Positions 17,801-27,105 of a stretch of DNA of 64,000 nt are shown here, one piece after another. The notes below the pieces were generated by a model. It had not been told where the DNA came from and did not search any database. It was given only the letters and a program-made list of their open reading frames with translations. The DNA comes from Gammaproteobacteria bacterium. Lineage in GTDB: Bacteria > Pseudomonadota > Gammaproteobacteria > Eutrophobiales > Eutrophobiaceae. The stretch lies in assembly GCA_965116495.1 (NCBI GenBank), contig OZ220696.1, positions 3,648,001-3,712,000 of the forward strand, written 5' to 3'. Each line of letters opens with the position of its first letter. Position 1 is the stretch's first letter. Both the position numbers and the translations under genes were made by a program.

Positions 17801-20441
17801 ATTTGTCGTTGCCGGCGCGTCCTTCCAGTGTGTTGTTGTCGTTGTCCCCGGTCAGGGTGTCCACGTGAGCGGAACCGATGATGTTGTCGAATGTGTTGAA
17901 TGTGACCTTGTCGACGTCGCCATAGCCGTCGTTGCTGGCTCTGATTAAGTCGCTGTTGTTCCCGGTCCCTGCTCTCAGGTCGATAGTTACACCGCCATCG
18001 GAACTCTCGTAAGACAGGGTGTCTACGCCGCCGCCGCCGCCCAGGGTGTCGGCGCCGGCCAGTCCTTCGATGACGTTATTCTGGTCATCACCGGTTAGCT
18101 TATCGTCAAAAGCAGAGCCGATAAGGTTATCAAAATCAGTTACCCTGTCGCCGCGTGCGTCCCCAAAGTTAGCGCTTGAGTTAAGCGTTACTTCGACTTT
18201 GCCAGACGAACTCCGGTAGGAAACAGTGTCCACACCGCCGGAACCGCCGTTCAGCGTGTCGCCGCCAGGACCACCCTCAATAATATTGTCTCCGGCATCA
18301 CCTGTCAGGTTATCTATATCGGGGCTGCCGATGAGGTTTTCAATGTTCTTAAAAAAGTTTGTGGCTGTGGTGTTGCCTCTGTAAGTTACCACGGCGTTTG
18401 CCATTGTCACTGTGACACCGTTTCCATCACCATCTGCGTCATCATCCGAAAAGTCTGCAAAAGACAGCGTATCGCTGTCCTTGGTGCCGTCATCGTTCTC
18501 GCCACCGTCGAACACGCCTGCCGCCATTGTTCTGACTGCCTCTTCAGGCGGCTCTTTCCCGTTGGTAAAATCGAAGTAATCGACGATGATCACATCATTA
18601 CCAGGCCCGCCCTCGTAGCTATCCACGTCGGCGCCGCCGGCGAGGATGTCGTTGCCGCGCGCGCCGTACAGCACGTCGTTGCCGCCGCCGCCGTTCAGGT
18701 TGTCGTCCCGGGGCGTGCCGTGCAGGCGGTCCGGGTCGGGGTCGCCGGTTACGGGCGTGGCGCCATTTCCGCCATCGCCGCCATTTCCGCCGTTGCCACC
18801 ACTTCCGCCGTTGCCGGACCCACTGCCCGTGAATATAAAATCGTCTTCATCCACGCTGCTGACGTTTTCAAGCGTCAACTCGCCCCTGCCGGGCAGTTCA
18901 ATCTCGACGTTGTTGCCCCGTTCGGTGATACTGTCTTCCAGGTCACTGAAGTCGTCAATGCTGGAAATGGTGCTCAGGTCTATCTTGTCTTCACCGGGGG
19001 TGAAGTCTTCGATTACGTCGTCACCATCGCCGGAGCTGAACTTGAATGTATCCGCGCCGAACCCGCCGACCAGGTCGTCGTCACCGGCGCCGCCCTCCAG
19101 TATGTCATCGCCGTCCTCGCCCTCCAGGTCGTCGTTGCCGTTGCCGCCGATCAGTGTGTCGTCGCCGTCGCCGCCTTCCAGGTTGTCATTGTCGTTGCCG
19201 CCATCGATGGTGTCATCGCCGGCGCCGCCGAACAGGTCGTCCCTGCCGTCACCGCCAGACAGGGTGTCATCGTCGCCGTTGCCCTGCAATTCATCGTTAC
19301 CCGCGTCGCCGCTCAGGGTATCTTCGCCGTCGCCGCCTTCCAAGGTGTCGTTGCCGTCGCCGCCTCCCAGGTTGTCATCGCCGTCGCCACCTTCCAGGAG
19401 GTCGTTATGGGGGCCGCCCCTGAGCAGGTCGTTATCGTCGCCGCCGAACAGCCTGTCGTCGCCGCGCCCGCCGTAGAGCTTGTCGTCGCCGTCTTCGCCG
19501 TACAGCCTGTCGTCATTGGTGTTGTCGCCGCCCGGGCCGCCGTACAGCGTATCGTCGCCGTCGCCGCCGCGCAGGGTATTGGCCCGGGCATCGCCGGCCA
19601 GCACGTCGTCCTCGTCGGAACCGGTCAGGTCGATGATGTCCGGGAGCTGTACCGTCACCGACTGTCCGTTATCGGTGTAGGTGAAGGGAACCATACGCCC
19701 GAACGTATCGCCCTGGGCGTCGCCGCGGGCGGCTACCGGCCCGTGCAGACGCACGGTGACGCCGGCGTCAGAACGCGAGTAAGACGCGATATTCCTGCCG
19801 GTCCCGCCGATCAGCACGTCGGCGCCGGGGCCGCCTTCCAGGGTGTCGCCGCCGCTGCCGCCGTCCAGGATATCGTTGCCGCCGCGCCCGTTAATCGTGT
19901 CGCTGCCCCCAAGTCCATAGATGGTTTCTCCCTGCTCGGTGCCGTTCAGTGTCTCACTGGCGTTGGTCCCGGTAATATCAGGTCCGGGAGTCGGGTCGGG
20001 AGTCGGATCGGGTGTCGGGTCAGGTGTCGGTGCTGTCCCGCCGTCGAGGGCAACCGTCAGTTCATAAGCGCCTGAGTTGTCCCTGTTGGGGTTGGTGGAG
20101 TAACTGCTGGCGCTGAGGTAATAGGTGCCGGTGGTTGTCGCGGTATAGGTCAGTTCCGAATCGTAGATTCTTTGTGCCGTATTGATATCGTCGTTCTCGG
20201 CAAGGAGATTTCCCCTGGCATCGTACAGCTCGAGGATGGTGTCTTCCGCCTCGTCCCCTTTGCTTCCGCGGCCTGAAAGATTTATTTTGTAGGTTTGCCC
20301 CCGCTCCAGTTCTATCTCGATCCAGTCTTCATCGGACCTTTCGCTGAGGTTGCCGTTAAACGTATCGCCAACGGCCATGGTGTAGGTGGTTGCGCTACTT
20401 GCCGGTGCATCCCGTGAGGTGCTTTCGTTAACAGTTGCCAT
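14841..20441 (-). CDS. Large RTX protein with N-terminal PPC-like domain and PT linker (1866 aa)
   Basis: PPC-like N-terminus, PTPDPTPD linker, long GGxGxD runs, several internal DTFxF...DKIDL modules. Confidence 0.92.
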   Translation of the reverse strand: MATVNESTSRDAPASSATTYTMAVGDTFNGNLSERSDEDWIEIELERGQTYKINLSGRGSKGDEAEDTILELYDARGNLLAENDDINTAQRIYDSELTYTATTTGTYYLSASSYSTNPNRDNSGAYELTVALDGGTAPTPDPTPDPTPDPTPGPDITGTNASETLNGTEQGETIYGLGGSDTINGRGGNDILDGGSGGDTLEGGPGADVLIGGTGRNIASYSRSDAGVTVRLHGPVAARGDAQGDTFGRMVPFTYTDNGQSVTVQLPDIIDLTGSDEDDVLAGDARANTLRGGDGDDTLYGGPGGDNTNDDRLYGEDGDDKLYGGRGDDRLFGGDDNDLLRGGPHNDLLEGGDGDDNLGGGDGNDTLEGGDGEDTLSGDAGNDELQGNGDDDTLSGGDGRDDLFGGAGDDTIDGGNDNDNLEGGDGDDTLIGGNGNDDLEGEDGDDILEGGAGDDDLVGGFGADTFKFSSGDGDDVIEDFTPGEDKIDLSTISSIDDFSDLEDSITERGNNVEIELPGRGELTLENVSSVDEDDFIFTGSGSGNGGSGGNGGNGGDGGNGATPVTGDPDPDRLHGTPRDDNLNGGGGNDVLYGARGNDILAGGADVDSYEGGPGNDVIIVDYFDFTNGKEPPEEAVRTMAAGVFDGGENDDGTKDSDTLSFADFSDDDADGDGNGVTVTMANAVVTYRGNTTATNFFKNIENLIGSPDIDNLTGDAGDNIIEGGPGGDTLNGGSGGVDTVSYRSSSGKVEVTLNSSANFGDARGDRVTDFDNLIGSAFDDKLTGDDQNNVIEGLAGADTLGGGGGVDTLSYESSDGGVTIDLRAGTGNNSDLIRASNDGYGDVDKVTFNTFDNIIGSAHVDTLTGDNDNNTLEGRAGNDKLNGDGGNDILDGGPGGDTMDGGIGGDTVTYSNATEGVTVDLSSVSVNQTTNVTTIRNGSGRGDARGDTFIDIENFIGSPHDDTFIAGPEADDIDAGDGIDTISYERSRKPVDVTLPALGGGATALVGGIHANDGDSKDNYAQGDTLDNFENIIGSNRSGSNERVTDDDDEIHDKLIGNSSPNVIDGRGGDDKIQGGGGNDTLIGGSGNDFMTGGRGMDTFVISGRDTITDFGAGDKLSFGSSSRTLNLNYQFDSNELVITSGSQRVTIENIADTAGFNALTAANFIFSPDHHVKLTDNSPAGDGSTRGSTTILGGEGDNRLTGGSNADRIFGGGGDDTIEGRAGADELDGGEGGEENGDTLSYAGSPQRDRDPENNTQDTTGNAYRTGVTVVLNTSAVGPGTYADEDTNSNFENLIGSSRDDHLTGDGEANVIDGGGGNDTIAGGGSSTGMDTLKGGSGSDVITGGGTSKVEGGSGSDRLIGSTGDFLSYEGGSGVTVDLSDIDERPLSEAEMDRFDFGDTTTNLNIIKVSRGDASGDIATGFKHVIGSRSGDTLIGDDDPNELRGLGGNDTLTGKGGIDTLKGGAGNDTLNGGDGNDILDGGPGADKLNGDAQDSGGMDIATYASATEGVTVDLSGGRGGGDAAGDTYDGIEQYVGSRHDDVFIAGKEAHNITGGIGGLDTVSYERSVKGVEVNLTNTDAQDAGGDYDNPDNYAKDDMLAGIENIIGSNHDDELTGDDNNNVLDGGRGRDELTGGGGSDTFVFASGDGRDEVFGFEAADRIDLSAFSSIASMDDLDINPVGASDADTEIILPNRGVITLNGFVEGSLTPDNFIFYTKPISGNMGDHFNNEINGGRGDDVIYGEQGRDILNGGEGDDEIYGGEDKDIINGGEGNDLLDGGPGEDTFVFEPGHGNDHIMDFTPGTGGDKIDLTAFENITDIGPNLVQAREGDNTVITLADEDGETTTITLLGIGTDLGASDFMFFTA

Positions 20442-20728
20442 AATCGATGCCTCTTATGTCAAGTTATGGGAAAAACAGTATTATGACAGAAATATAATCA
20501 GAAAGTTCAGTCATGTCAAATGTTTAATAAATATTATTAAGGTTGAGAGTCAGTAGAGTATGTAATTCAGGACACCCATAAATATCTATTGTCATTTGTG
20601 ATAAAACTCACAAACCCCGGCAAAAATCCGTTGACACTCCCCTTGCATACAACAATACTGACCGGTGTCGCTGGGGGCAGAATTGATTTCGCCCCTGGAA
20701 ATTCGTATCAAAAAAAGGAGTATTGCCC

Positions 20729-21217
20729 ATGCTGGAACATCAAGACAAACTTAACGGCAGCGCAACAGCATTCATCCGCGCGTTTTCCGATCTGATAAAA
20801 GATTCAACCTCACACTTGGCCACCAAGGATGATATCGACACGACCAATAAGAACATGCAGGCGCAGTTTGCCCGACAGGGAGAGAGAATAGGCTCTCTCA
20901 GCAAGGATATCGACACGACCAACAAAAACATGCAGGCGCAGTTTGCCCGGCAGGAAGAGAAAATAGGCTCTCTCAGCGAGGATATCGACACGACCAATAA
21001 GAACATGCAGGCGCAGTTTGCCCGGCAGGAAGAGAGAATGGGCTCTCTCAGCAAGGATATCGACACGACCAATAAGAACATGCAGGCGCAGTTTGCCCGG
21101 CAGGAAGAGAGAATGGGCTCTCTCAGCAAGGATATCGACACGACCAATAAGAACATGCAGGCGCAGTTTGCTCGACAAGAGGGGAAAATCGCCGAAATAG
21201 CCCGGAAACTGGATTGA
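20729..21217 (+). CDS. Coiled-coil family C with five 25-aa (75-bp) repeats
   Basis: AGGAG RBS; CRP-like box at 20597-20612 and TTGACA at 20631; DIDTTNKNMQAQFARQE repeats. Confidence 0.8.
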   Translation: MLEHQDKLNGSATAFIRAFSDLIKDSTSHLATKDDIDTTNKNMQAQFARQGERIGSLSKDIDTTNKNMQAQFARQEEKIGSLSEDIDTTNKNMQAQFARQEERMGSLSKDIDTTNKNMQAQFARQEERMGSLSKDIDTTNKNMQAQFARQEGKIAEIARKLD

Positions 21218-21606
21218 TCCCGGGGGGCTGACACACCACCCGGGCAAGAACGACCCGTCCCTCTCAGGACACCCATAAAGCTATCTCTCTGTGATCTCTG
21301 TGGCAAACAAAATCACTGACGCCAATCCGGATGGTAGCTTCGTCCCCTGATCAGCCCGGAGCAATCCAGGACATCCATGAATTACCGGGTTGCCTATGGA
21401 TTCTGGCGTTCGCCAGAATGACGTAATTCAGGACATCCTTAAATTATATTGCCTGCAAAAGGCGGTTACCCACAGTGGGTCCCCACATACACCTACACAC
21501 ATACACCCGCACGCATACATCCGGGGCGGTTCAACTTGACATACCGGGCGTTTCAATTAGAATATTTCGTCAACCTGACACGAAGAAATACCCAAGGAGA
21601 GAGAAT

Positions 21607-21870
21607 ATGAGCATAATGATTGCCGAAGTCTATGAAGCCCTGGTTGAAGCCGGGGCCTGTCCCGGCGTGGTGTTAGCCGGGGTATCCGAAGAAAAAGCGA
21701 AGGCGGCAGCCGGCGCCGTGCCTGCAGAAGACAGGCTGCCGTGAAAATCTGATATTCACCTTATTAAAACTGATATACAAGAGGTCTGGTCTGAACTGAA
21801 ACTGTTGAAATTCGCGGTACTCAGCCTCTATCCGTTTATACTTGCCATCACTTACAGAATATTTTCTTAG
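21607..21870 (+). pseudogene. Frameshifted family D (DUF1640-like) gene
   Basis: Homologous to 4344-4604. A 27-bp palindromic insertion and a frameshift near 21740 give a premature TGA, while the homologous C-terminus continues in another frame. Could also be a sequencing indel. Confidence 0.65.
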
Positions 21871-21910
21871 CCCGGAAAAAACCGGACAGGTGACACACCG
21901 GTAATTCCAC

Positions 21911-23653
21911 ATGCAACTACGACTTCCAGGACAATCCGGCCCGTCAGAAGAAACCCAGTTGCAGGCGGCGTTGCGCCGTTGCCGCAAGGGTTTCGTGGGC
22001 GTGACGCTGTTCAGCGCGTTCGCCAACATATTGATGCTGGTGGCGCCGGTGTATATGTTGCAGATGTACGACCGGGTGCTGACCAGCGCCAGCTACGAGA
22101 CCTTGATCGTGCTGACGCTGGTGGCGGTATTCCTGCTGTCCTGCTTCGGCCTGCTGGACTGGGTACGCCAGCGCCTGATGGCGCGCATCGCCCTGTCCCT
22201 GAGCCACGAGGTGCAGGACGACGTGCTGGCCGGCGTGTTCCGCGGCAGCCTGCAGCGTTTCCGCCAGAGCGCGGACCAGCCGGTGCGCGACCTGGACTCG
22301 GTGCGCCAGTTCATTTCCAGTCCCCCTGCGATAGCCTTCTTCGATGCGCCCTGGGCGCCGGTGTTCATCGCCGCCATCTTCCTGATCCATCCCTGGCTCG
22401 GTTTCTTCGCGATATTTGCTGCGTTGTTCATCCTGTTCGTGGCCTTGTTGACCGAATGGACCTCGCGCGGACCGCTGCGCAACGCCTCGGAGCACACCGC
22501 GGAGTCCAACCGGTTTGTGGAGAGCAGCCTGCGCCATGCAGACGTGCTGCAAGCGATGGGCATGTTCGAGGGCTTTCGCCGGCGCTGGCGCGACAAGCAC
22601 GACCGCAGCGTTGCCTTCCAGGCCCGCGGCGGCTCCCGCATCAGCGCGTTGCTGGCCACCTCGAAGTCGGGCCGCCAGATCGTGCAGGTGGGTATACTGG
22701 GCATGGGCGCCTGGCTGGTGCTCAAGCAGCAGATCTCGCCGGGCATGATGATCGCCGCCTCCATTATCCTGGGACGCGCGCTGGCGCCCATCGAACAGGG
22801 CATATCGGCGTGGCGCGGTTTTATGTCCGCCCGCCAGGCCTGGCGCCGGCTCAATAACCTGCTGACGTCCGCGCCGCCGGCAAGGGATGGGGGCGCCACG
22901 AGTCTGCCCCGGCCTACGGGCAAGCTGGAGGTGGAGGGGGTATCCGCGGCGCCGCCCGGGACGACGACACTGGCCTTGAAGCGCGTGAATTTCACCCTGG
23001 AACCGGGTTCTTCTACCGGGCTCATCGGTCCCAGCGGCAGCGGCAAGAGCACCCTGGCCCGCCTGATGGTGGGCGTCTGGTCACCCCAGGGCGGGGTGGT
23101 GCGCCTGGACGGGGCGGCCATCGGCGACTGGCCGAGCGAGAGCCGTTTCCGCCACGTGGGTTACCTGCCCCAGGAGGTGGAACTGTTCGAGGGCACCGTG
23201 GCCGAGAACATAGCCCGCCTGTCGGAACCGGATGATGATGCGGTGCTCGCCGCGGCGCAGCAGTCTGGCAGCCATGACATGGTCATGCGCCTGCCGCAGA
23301 ACTACAACACGCCCATCGCCGCGGGCGGCGCCAACCTGTCAGCCGGGCAGCGCCAGCGCGTGGCCCTGGCGCGGGCCCTGTACGGCGACCCGGCCCTGGT
23401 AATACTGGACGAACCGGACGCAAACCTGGATACCGACGGGGAGGTGGCACTGAGCAACACCTTGCGCGACCTGACCCAGCGCGGCGTCACCACCCTGATG
23501 GTGACCCACAACTTCCGCCTGCTGCGCATGATCGAACACATACTGGTCCTGAAGGAGGGCGTCCTGCTGGAGAGCGGCCCCCGCGACGAGGTCCTGAAAC
23601 GCTTCATGCGCCCGGCCCCCGCCACCGAGAAAAAAGCCCAGGCTGGAAGCTGA
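21911..23653 (+). CDS. Type I secretion ABC transporter, PrtD/AprD family
   Basis: YMLQMYDRVL, FFDAPW, GPSGSGKS, LSAGQRQR and LDEP motifs. Confidence 0.95.
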   Translation: MQLRLPGQSGPSEETQLQAALRRCRKGFVGVTLFSAFANILMLVAPVYMLQMYDRVLTSASYETLIVLTLVAVFLLSCFGLLDWVRQRLMARIALSLSHEVQDDVLAGVFRGSLQRFRQSADQPVRDLDSVRQFISSPPAIAFFDAPWAPVFIAAIFLIHPWLGFFAIFAALFILFVALLTEWTSRGPLRNASEHTAESNRFVESSLRHADVLQAMGMFEGFRRRWRDKHDRSVAFQARGGSRISALLATSKSGRQIVQVGILGMGAWLVLKQQISPGMMIAASIILGRALAPIEQGISAWRGFMSARQAWRRLNNLLTSAPPARDGGATSLPRPTGKLEVEGVSAAPPGTTTLALKRVNFTLEPGSSTGLIGPSGSGKSTLARLMVGVWSPQGGVVRLDGAAIGDWPSESRFRHVGYLPQEVELFEGTVAENIARLSEPDDDAVLAAAQQSGSHDMVMRLPQNYNTPIAAGGANLSAGQRQRVALARALYGDPALVILDEPDANLDTDGEVALSNTLRDLTQRGVTTLMVTHNFRLLRMIEHILVLKEGVLLESGPRDEVLKRFMRPAPATEKKAQAGS

Positions 23654-23656
23654 CAA

Positions 23657-23915
23657 CATCGTCATCCCGTCCCATCCGTCGTTCTGTCCGTCGTTCCGGG
23701 CATGACCCGGAACCCACATCGTCATCCCGTCCCGTCCGTCATCCCGCCCCATCCGTCATCCCGCCCCATCCGTCGTTCCGTCCCATCCGTCGTTCTGTCC
23801 CATCCGTCGTTCCGGCGAAAGCCGGAACCCAGAGCGTAGATTCCTGCTCTCGCAGGAATGACTATCGTTCGCAAATGACGATCGTCCACAGGAATGACGA
23901 TAGTTCGCAGGAATA
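23657..23915. repeat. CGTC-type REP tandem cluster
   Basis: Repeated CCGTCRTYCCG units and GTTCCGGCGAAAGCCGGAAC hairpins. Confidence 0.7.
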
Positions 23916-23979
23916 GTACATACTTGTCATCATAGCTGTTAGACTATCCGCATTATTTATCAGCAGTACGAGCTAGCTT

Positions 23980-25428
23980 ATGGTTGCAGAAGCAAAACAA
24001 GTTCCACTGGCCCTGTTCACTAAAGTGGCAGGCGAGTGGTTGCAGCGCCTGTCCGGGTACGTCGTCTCCCTTATCCGGGGGCCGAAGGAGGAGGAAGTCG
24101 GGCTGTCCCTGGATGCCTCGGACGAGAAGCAGGAACTGCAGAGGTTACTGAACCGCGACGTGGTCATGCGCCGGGGCATCATCGTGATCGTCATCGCCCT
24201 GGGCGGGTTCCTGGCCTGGGCCACGCTGGCGCCCCTGACCGAGGGCGTGGTGGCCATGGGCACCGTGGTGGTGGACACGGAGCACAAGACCATCCAGCAC
24301 CTGGAGGGTGGCATCGTCGAGAACCTGTACGTGCGCGAGGGCAGCGAGGTCAAGGCCGGCGACGTCCTCGTCGAACTGAGCGAGACCCAGAACCGCGCCC
24401 AGTTGGAGCTGCTGGAGAGCCGCTATTACGGGCGCCTGGCGGAGATCGACCGCCTGAACGCCGAACGCCTGTTGCAGGACGAGATCTCCTTTTCCGACGA
24501 GTTGCTGGCGCTGCGCGACGGCCCGATGATCGCGAAAATCCTGACCGAGCAGGAGAAACTGTTCGAGGTGCGGCGCCGTCAATACCACGGTCAGATCGAG
24601 ATCCTGCGCCACCGTATCGGCCAGCTTGAGGAGCAGGTGCGCGGCCAGGACGCGAGCCGGGAGGCCCTGTTGCGCGAGCAGGCCTTGATCGAGCAGGACC
24701 TGGAAAGCCTGGTTGCCCTGAAGGAACAGCAACTGGTGGACGAGGGTGTGCTCATCGGCCGGCAGCGCGAGTATGAACAGAATGTCGGCAGGCTCGGCAG
24801 CATCGTCGCGGACATTGCCTCGACCCGGGTAAAGATTGGCGAGACCCGCCAGGAGATCCTCCAGATCGAGAACGGCTGGGTTACGGAGGTATCCGACCAG
24901 ATCGCCGCGGCGCAGCAGCAGTGGTTCGAGACCCGCGAGCGCATCAACGCGGTGTCGGACGTGCTGGAGCGTACCACCATCGTGGCGCCCCAGGACGGCA
25001 AGGTCATCGGCCTGTCCGTCCACACCCTGGGCGGGGTGATCCCGCCGGGCAGTGCTATTATGAACATCGTGCCGACTGAAGACCGGCTCATGGTGGAGGG
25101 CCAGGTGCGGCCCCTCGATGTCGATAACGTGTATCCGGGCCAGACTGCCAGGTTACGCTTTTCTGCCTTCAGTTGGCGCACCACGCCGCAGGTTGAAGGC
25201 GCGGTTGATCGAGTCTCACCAGATGCTTTCCGCGACGAGGAGGTAGGCAGCGCCTACTATATCGCCCGGATCGTGGTGTCGGAGGAAGAAATGGCGAAGC
25301 TGGGCGATGTCACCATCGGCCCCGGTATGCCAGTTGACATCATGTTCACCGGCGGTGAACGCACCGCCTGGTCGTACCTATCCGATCCGCTGACAGATAT
25401 CATGGACAAGGCCTTGGTAGAAGAATGA
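23980..25428 (+). CDS. HlyD-family T1SS membrane fusion protein
   Basis: TM anchor, IQHLEGGIV, long coiled coil, APQDGKV, PGMPV. Confidence 0.95.
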   Translation: MVAEAKQVPLALFTKVAGEWLQRLSGYVVSLIRGPKEEEVGLSLDASDEKQELQRLLNRDVVMRRGIIVIVIALGGFLAWATLAPLTEGVVAMGTVVVDTEHKTIQHLEGGIVENLYVREGSEVKAGDVLVELSETQNRAQLELLESRYYGRLAEIDRLNAERLLQDEISFSDELLALRDGPMIAKILTEQEKLFEVRRRQYHGQIEILRHRIGQLEEQVRGQDASREALLREQALIEQDLESLVALKEQQLVDEGVLIGRQREYEQNVGRLGSIVADIASTRVKIGETRQEILQIENGWVTEVSDQIAAAQQQWFETRERINAVSDVLERTTIVAPQDGKVIGLSVHTLGGVIPPGSAIMNIVPTEDRLMVEGQVRPLDVDNVYPGQTARLRFSAFSWRTTPQVEGAVDRVSPDAFRDEEVGSAYYIARIVVSEEEMAKLGDVTIGPGMPVDIMFTGGERTAWSYLSDPLTDIMDKALVEE

Positions 25429-26909
25429 ATATTTTTCGTCGTTCCTGCAAGCCCGTCGTTCCGGGCTCATTTCTCGTTCCGGGATCGTTCGTCGTCCCGG
25501 GCTCATTCGTCGTTCCGGGCTCGTTCGCCGTTCCGGGCCTGACCCGGAACCCAGTCCGTCATTCCGGCGAACGCCGGAACCTGGACCATACACTGGATTC
25601 CTGCTTTCGCGGGAATGGCGGGGACTATGCATTCTCTCTTGTCATTCTGCTCCTTTCCCTGTCCCTGTTCCTGGTACAGCCTGCCATCGCCGACGAGACG
25701 ACAGCCGACGCTTACACCTTGTCGCAGGCGTTTCTCGACACCCTGGCGCGGGACGCCCGGGTGCAGGCGGCAGAGAACCGCGTAGCCGAGGCGCGCGAGA
25801 GGCTGGTAGAGGTGAACAGCAGTCGCCGCCCATCGCTTACGGTATCGGGCATCACCGGGTACAGTCATAATCGCAGCGAGGCGCGCTTTACGCAGGTTTA
25901 TGAGGGCGAGACATACCGGGGCAGGCTGAATTTGAACCAGAACCTGTACACCTTCGGCCGTCTGGAAGGCCGCCAGCGCCGCGCTGAGGCAGAGATCGCC
26001 GAGGCGGAGTACGCCTTTGAGGAAGTGCGCCAGGAAGTCCTGGCGGAGGTCGCCCGCGCCTTTTCCGAGCAATTATTCCGGGAACGCATTTACGAGAGCC
26101 GGAACGCCTTCGAGTTGCTGCTGGGCGAACTGGAAGGCACCGCGCGCAGCCGCATCGAGTTGGGCACCCTGGATCGCACCGAATTGTTTGAAGTCCTGCG
26201 CCGCCGTCACCAGGCCAAGGCACTACGTATCGAGGCTCGTTCCCGTTACCGGGTGGCGAAGGCCCAGTTGTCGCGCCTCACCGGGTCGAGCCATGACAGC
26301 CTTGCGCCCACCTCCCTGGCGGGTCTTGAACTGGTGACTCCGGCCAATCTCGAGTATGCGCTGAATCAGGCCGAGAGCCGGTCTCCCTCCCTGCTGCGCG
26401 CGCGCATGCGCCTGGAGGCGGCCGAGGGTGAACTGGATTTCCGCAAGGCCGAACTCTGGCCGACCCTGAGCCTGGAGGTGAACGCCAGCGCCGGCCACTT
26501 CGGGCAGATCGATACCCGCGACATCGTCGGCGGTGTCAACCTGTCGGTACCAATCTATGAAGGCGGTCTCAAACGTTCACAGTTGCGCGGCGCCAAGCTG
26601 GCGGTGGAGACCGCGCGCCGGGAACTGACCGCGGAACGGGAACAGATCGACATCGACGTGCGCTCGAACTGGGACCTGCTGCAGGGACTGATCCTTGCCC
26701 TGCGCGAATTCGAGGGCGCCGTCACGGATATGGAAGAGGTCTTAGAACTGACCGGCAGCAAGCTGGACGTTGGCCGCGCCACCTTTGTGCAACACATCGA
26801 AGCCCGTGAAGACGCCCTGGAAGTCGAGTTCGAACTGCTCAACAGCCACCTGCGCCTGGAAGAAACCCGCATCGCCCTGCTCCGTCTCCTGGCACAGCTC
26901 ACCCCTTGA
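25425..26909 (+). CDS. TolC-family outer membrane protein with REP-derived N-terminal extension
   Basis: ATGA overlap with the MFP stop; signal-like h-region at aa ~68-88; PSLTVSG, QNLYTFG and VPIYEGG motifs. Confidence 0.88.
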   Translation: MNIFRRSCKPVVPGSFLVPGSFVVPGSFVVPGSFAVPGLTRNPVRHSGERRNLDHTLDSCFRGNGGDYAFSLVILLLSLSLFLVQPAIADETTADAYTLSQAFLDTLARDARVQAAENRVAEARERLVEVNSSRRPSLTVSGITGYSHNRSEARFTQVYEGETYRGRLNLNQNLYTFGRLEGRQRRAEAEIAEAEYAFEEVRQEVLAEVARAFSEQLFRERIYESRNAFELLLGELEGTARSRIELGTLDRTELFEVLRRRHQAKALRIEARSRYRVAKAQLSRLTGSSHDSLAPTSLAGLELVTPANLEYALNQAESRSPSLLRARMRLEAAEGELDFRKAELWPTLSLEVNASAGHFGQIDTRDIVGGVNLSVPIYEGGLKRSQLRGAKLAVETARRELTAEREQIDIDVRSNWDLLQGLILALREFEGAVTDMEEVLELTGSKLDVGRATFVQHIEAREDALEVEFELLNSHLRLEETRIALLRLLAQLTP

Positions 26910-26925
26910 TATTGCCGTTCCAACT

Positions 26926-27027
26926 TCGTCGTTCCGGCCCAATCCGTCGTTCCGACCAGGTCCGTCGTTCCGGCCCAATCCGTCGTTCCGGCCCAATCCG
27001 TCGTTCCGGGCTTGACCCGGAACCCAG
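26926..27027. repeat. 18-bp tandem CGTC-REP array
   Basis: About five units of CCGTCGTTCCGGCCCAAT ending in a GTTCCGGG..CCCGGAAC hairpin. Confidence 0.75.
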
Positions 27028-27105
27028 ACCTCCAAAGGAGCGGTACCTGCACCGCAATGGGGCAGATTTTACATGTATCAGAAACAGGAAAACAAAGGAG
27101 AGCGT

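Noticed and set aside
1-21870. Diversity-generating retroelement
   Set aside because: No reverse transcriptase, and differences between repeats are not adenine-specific.
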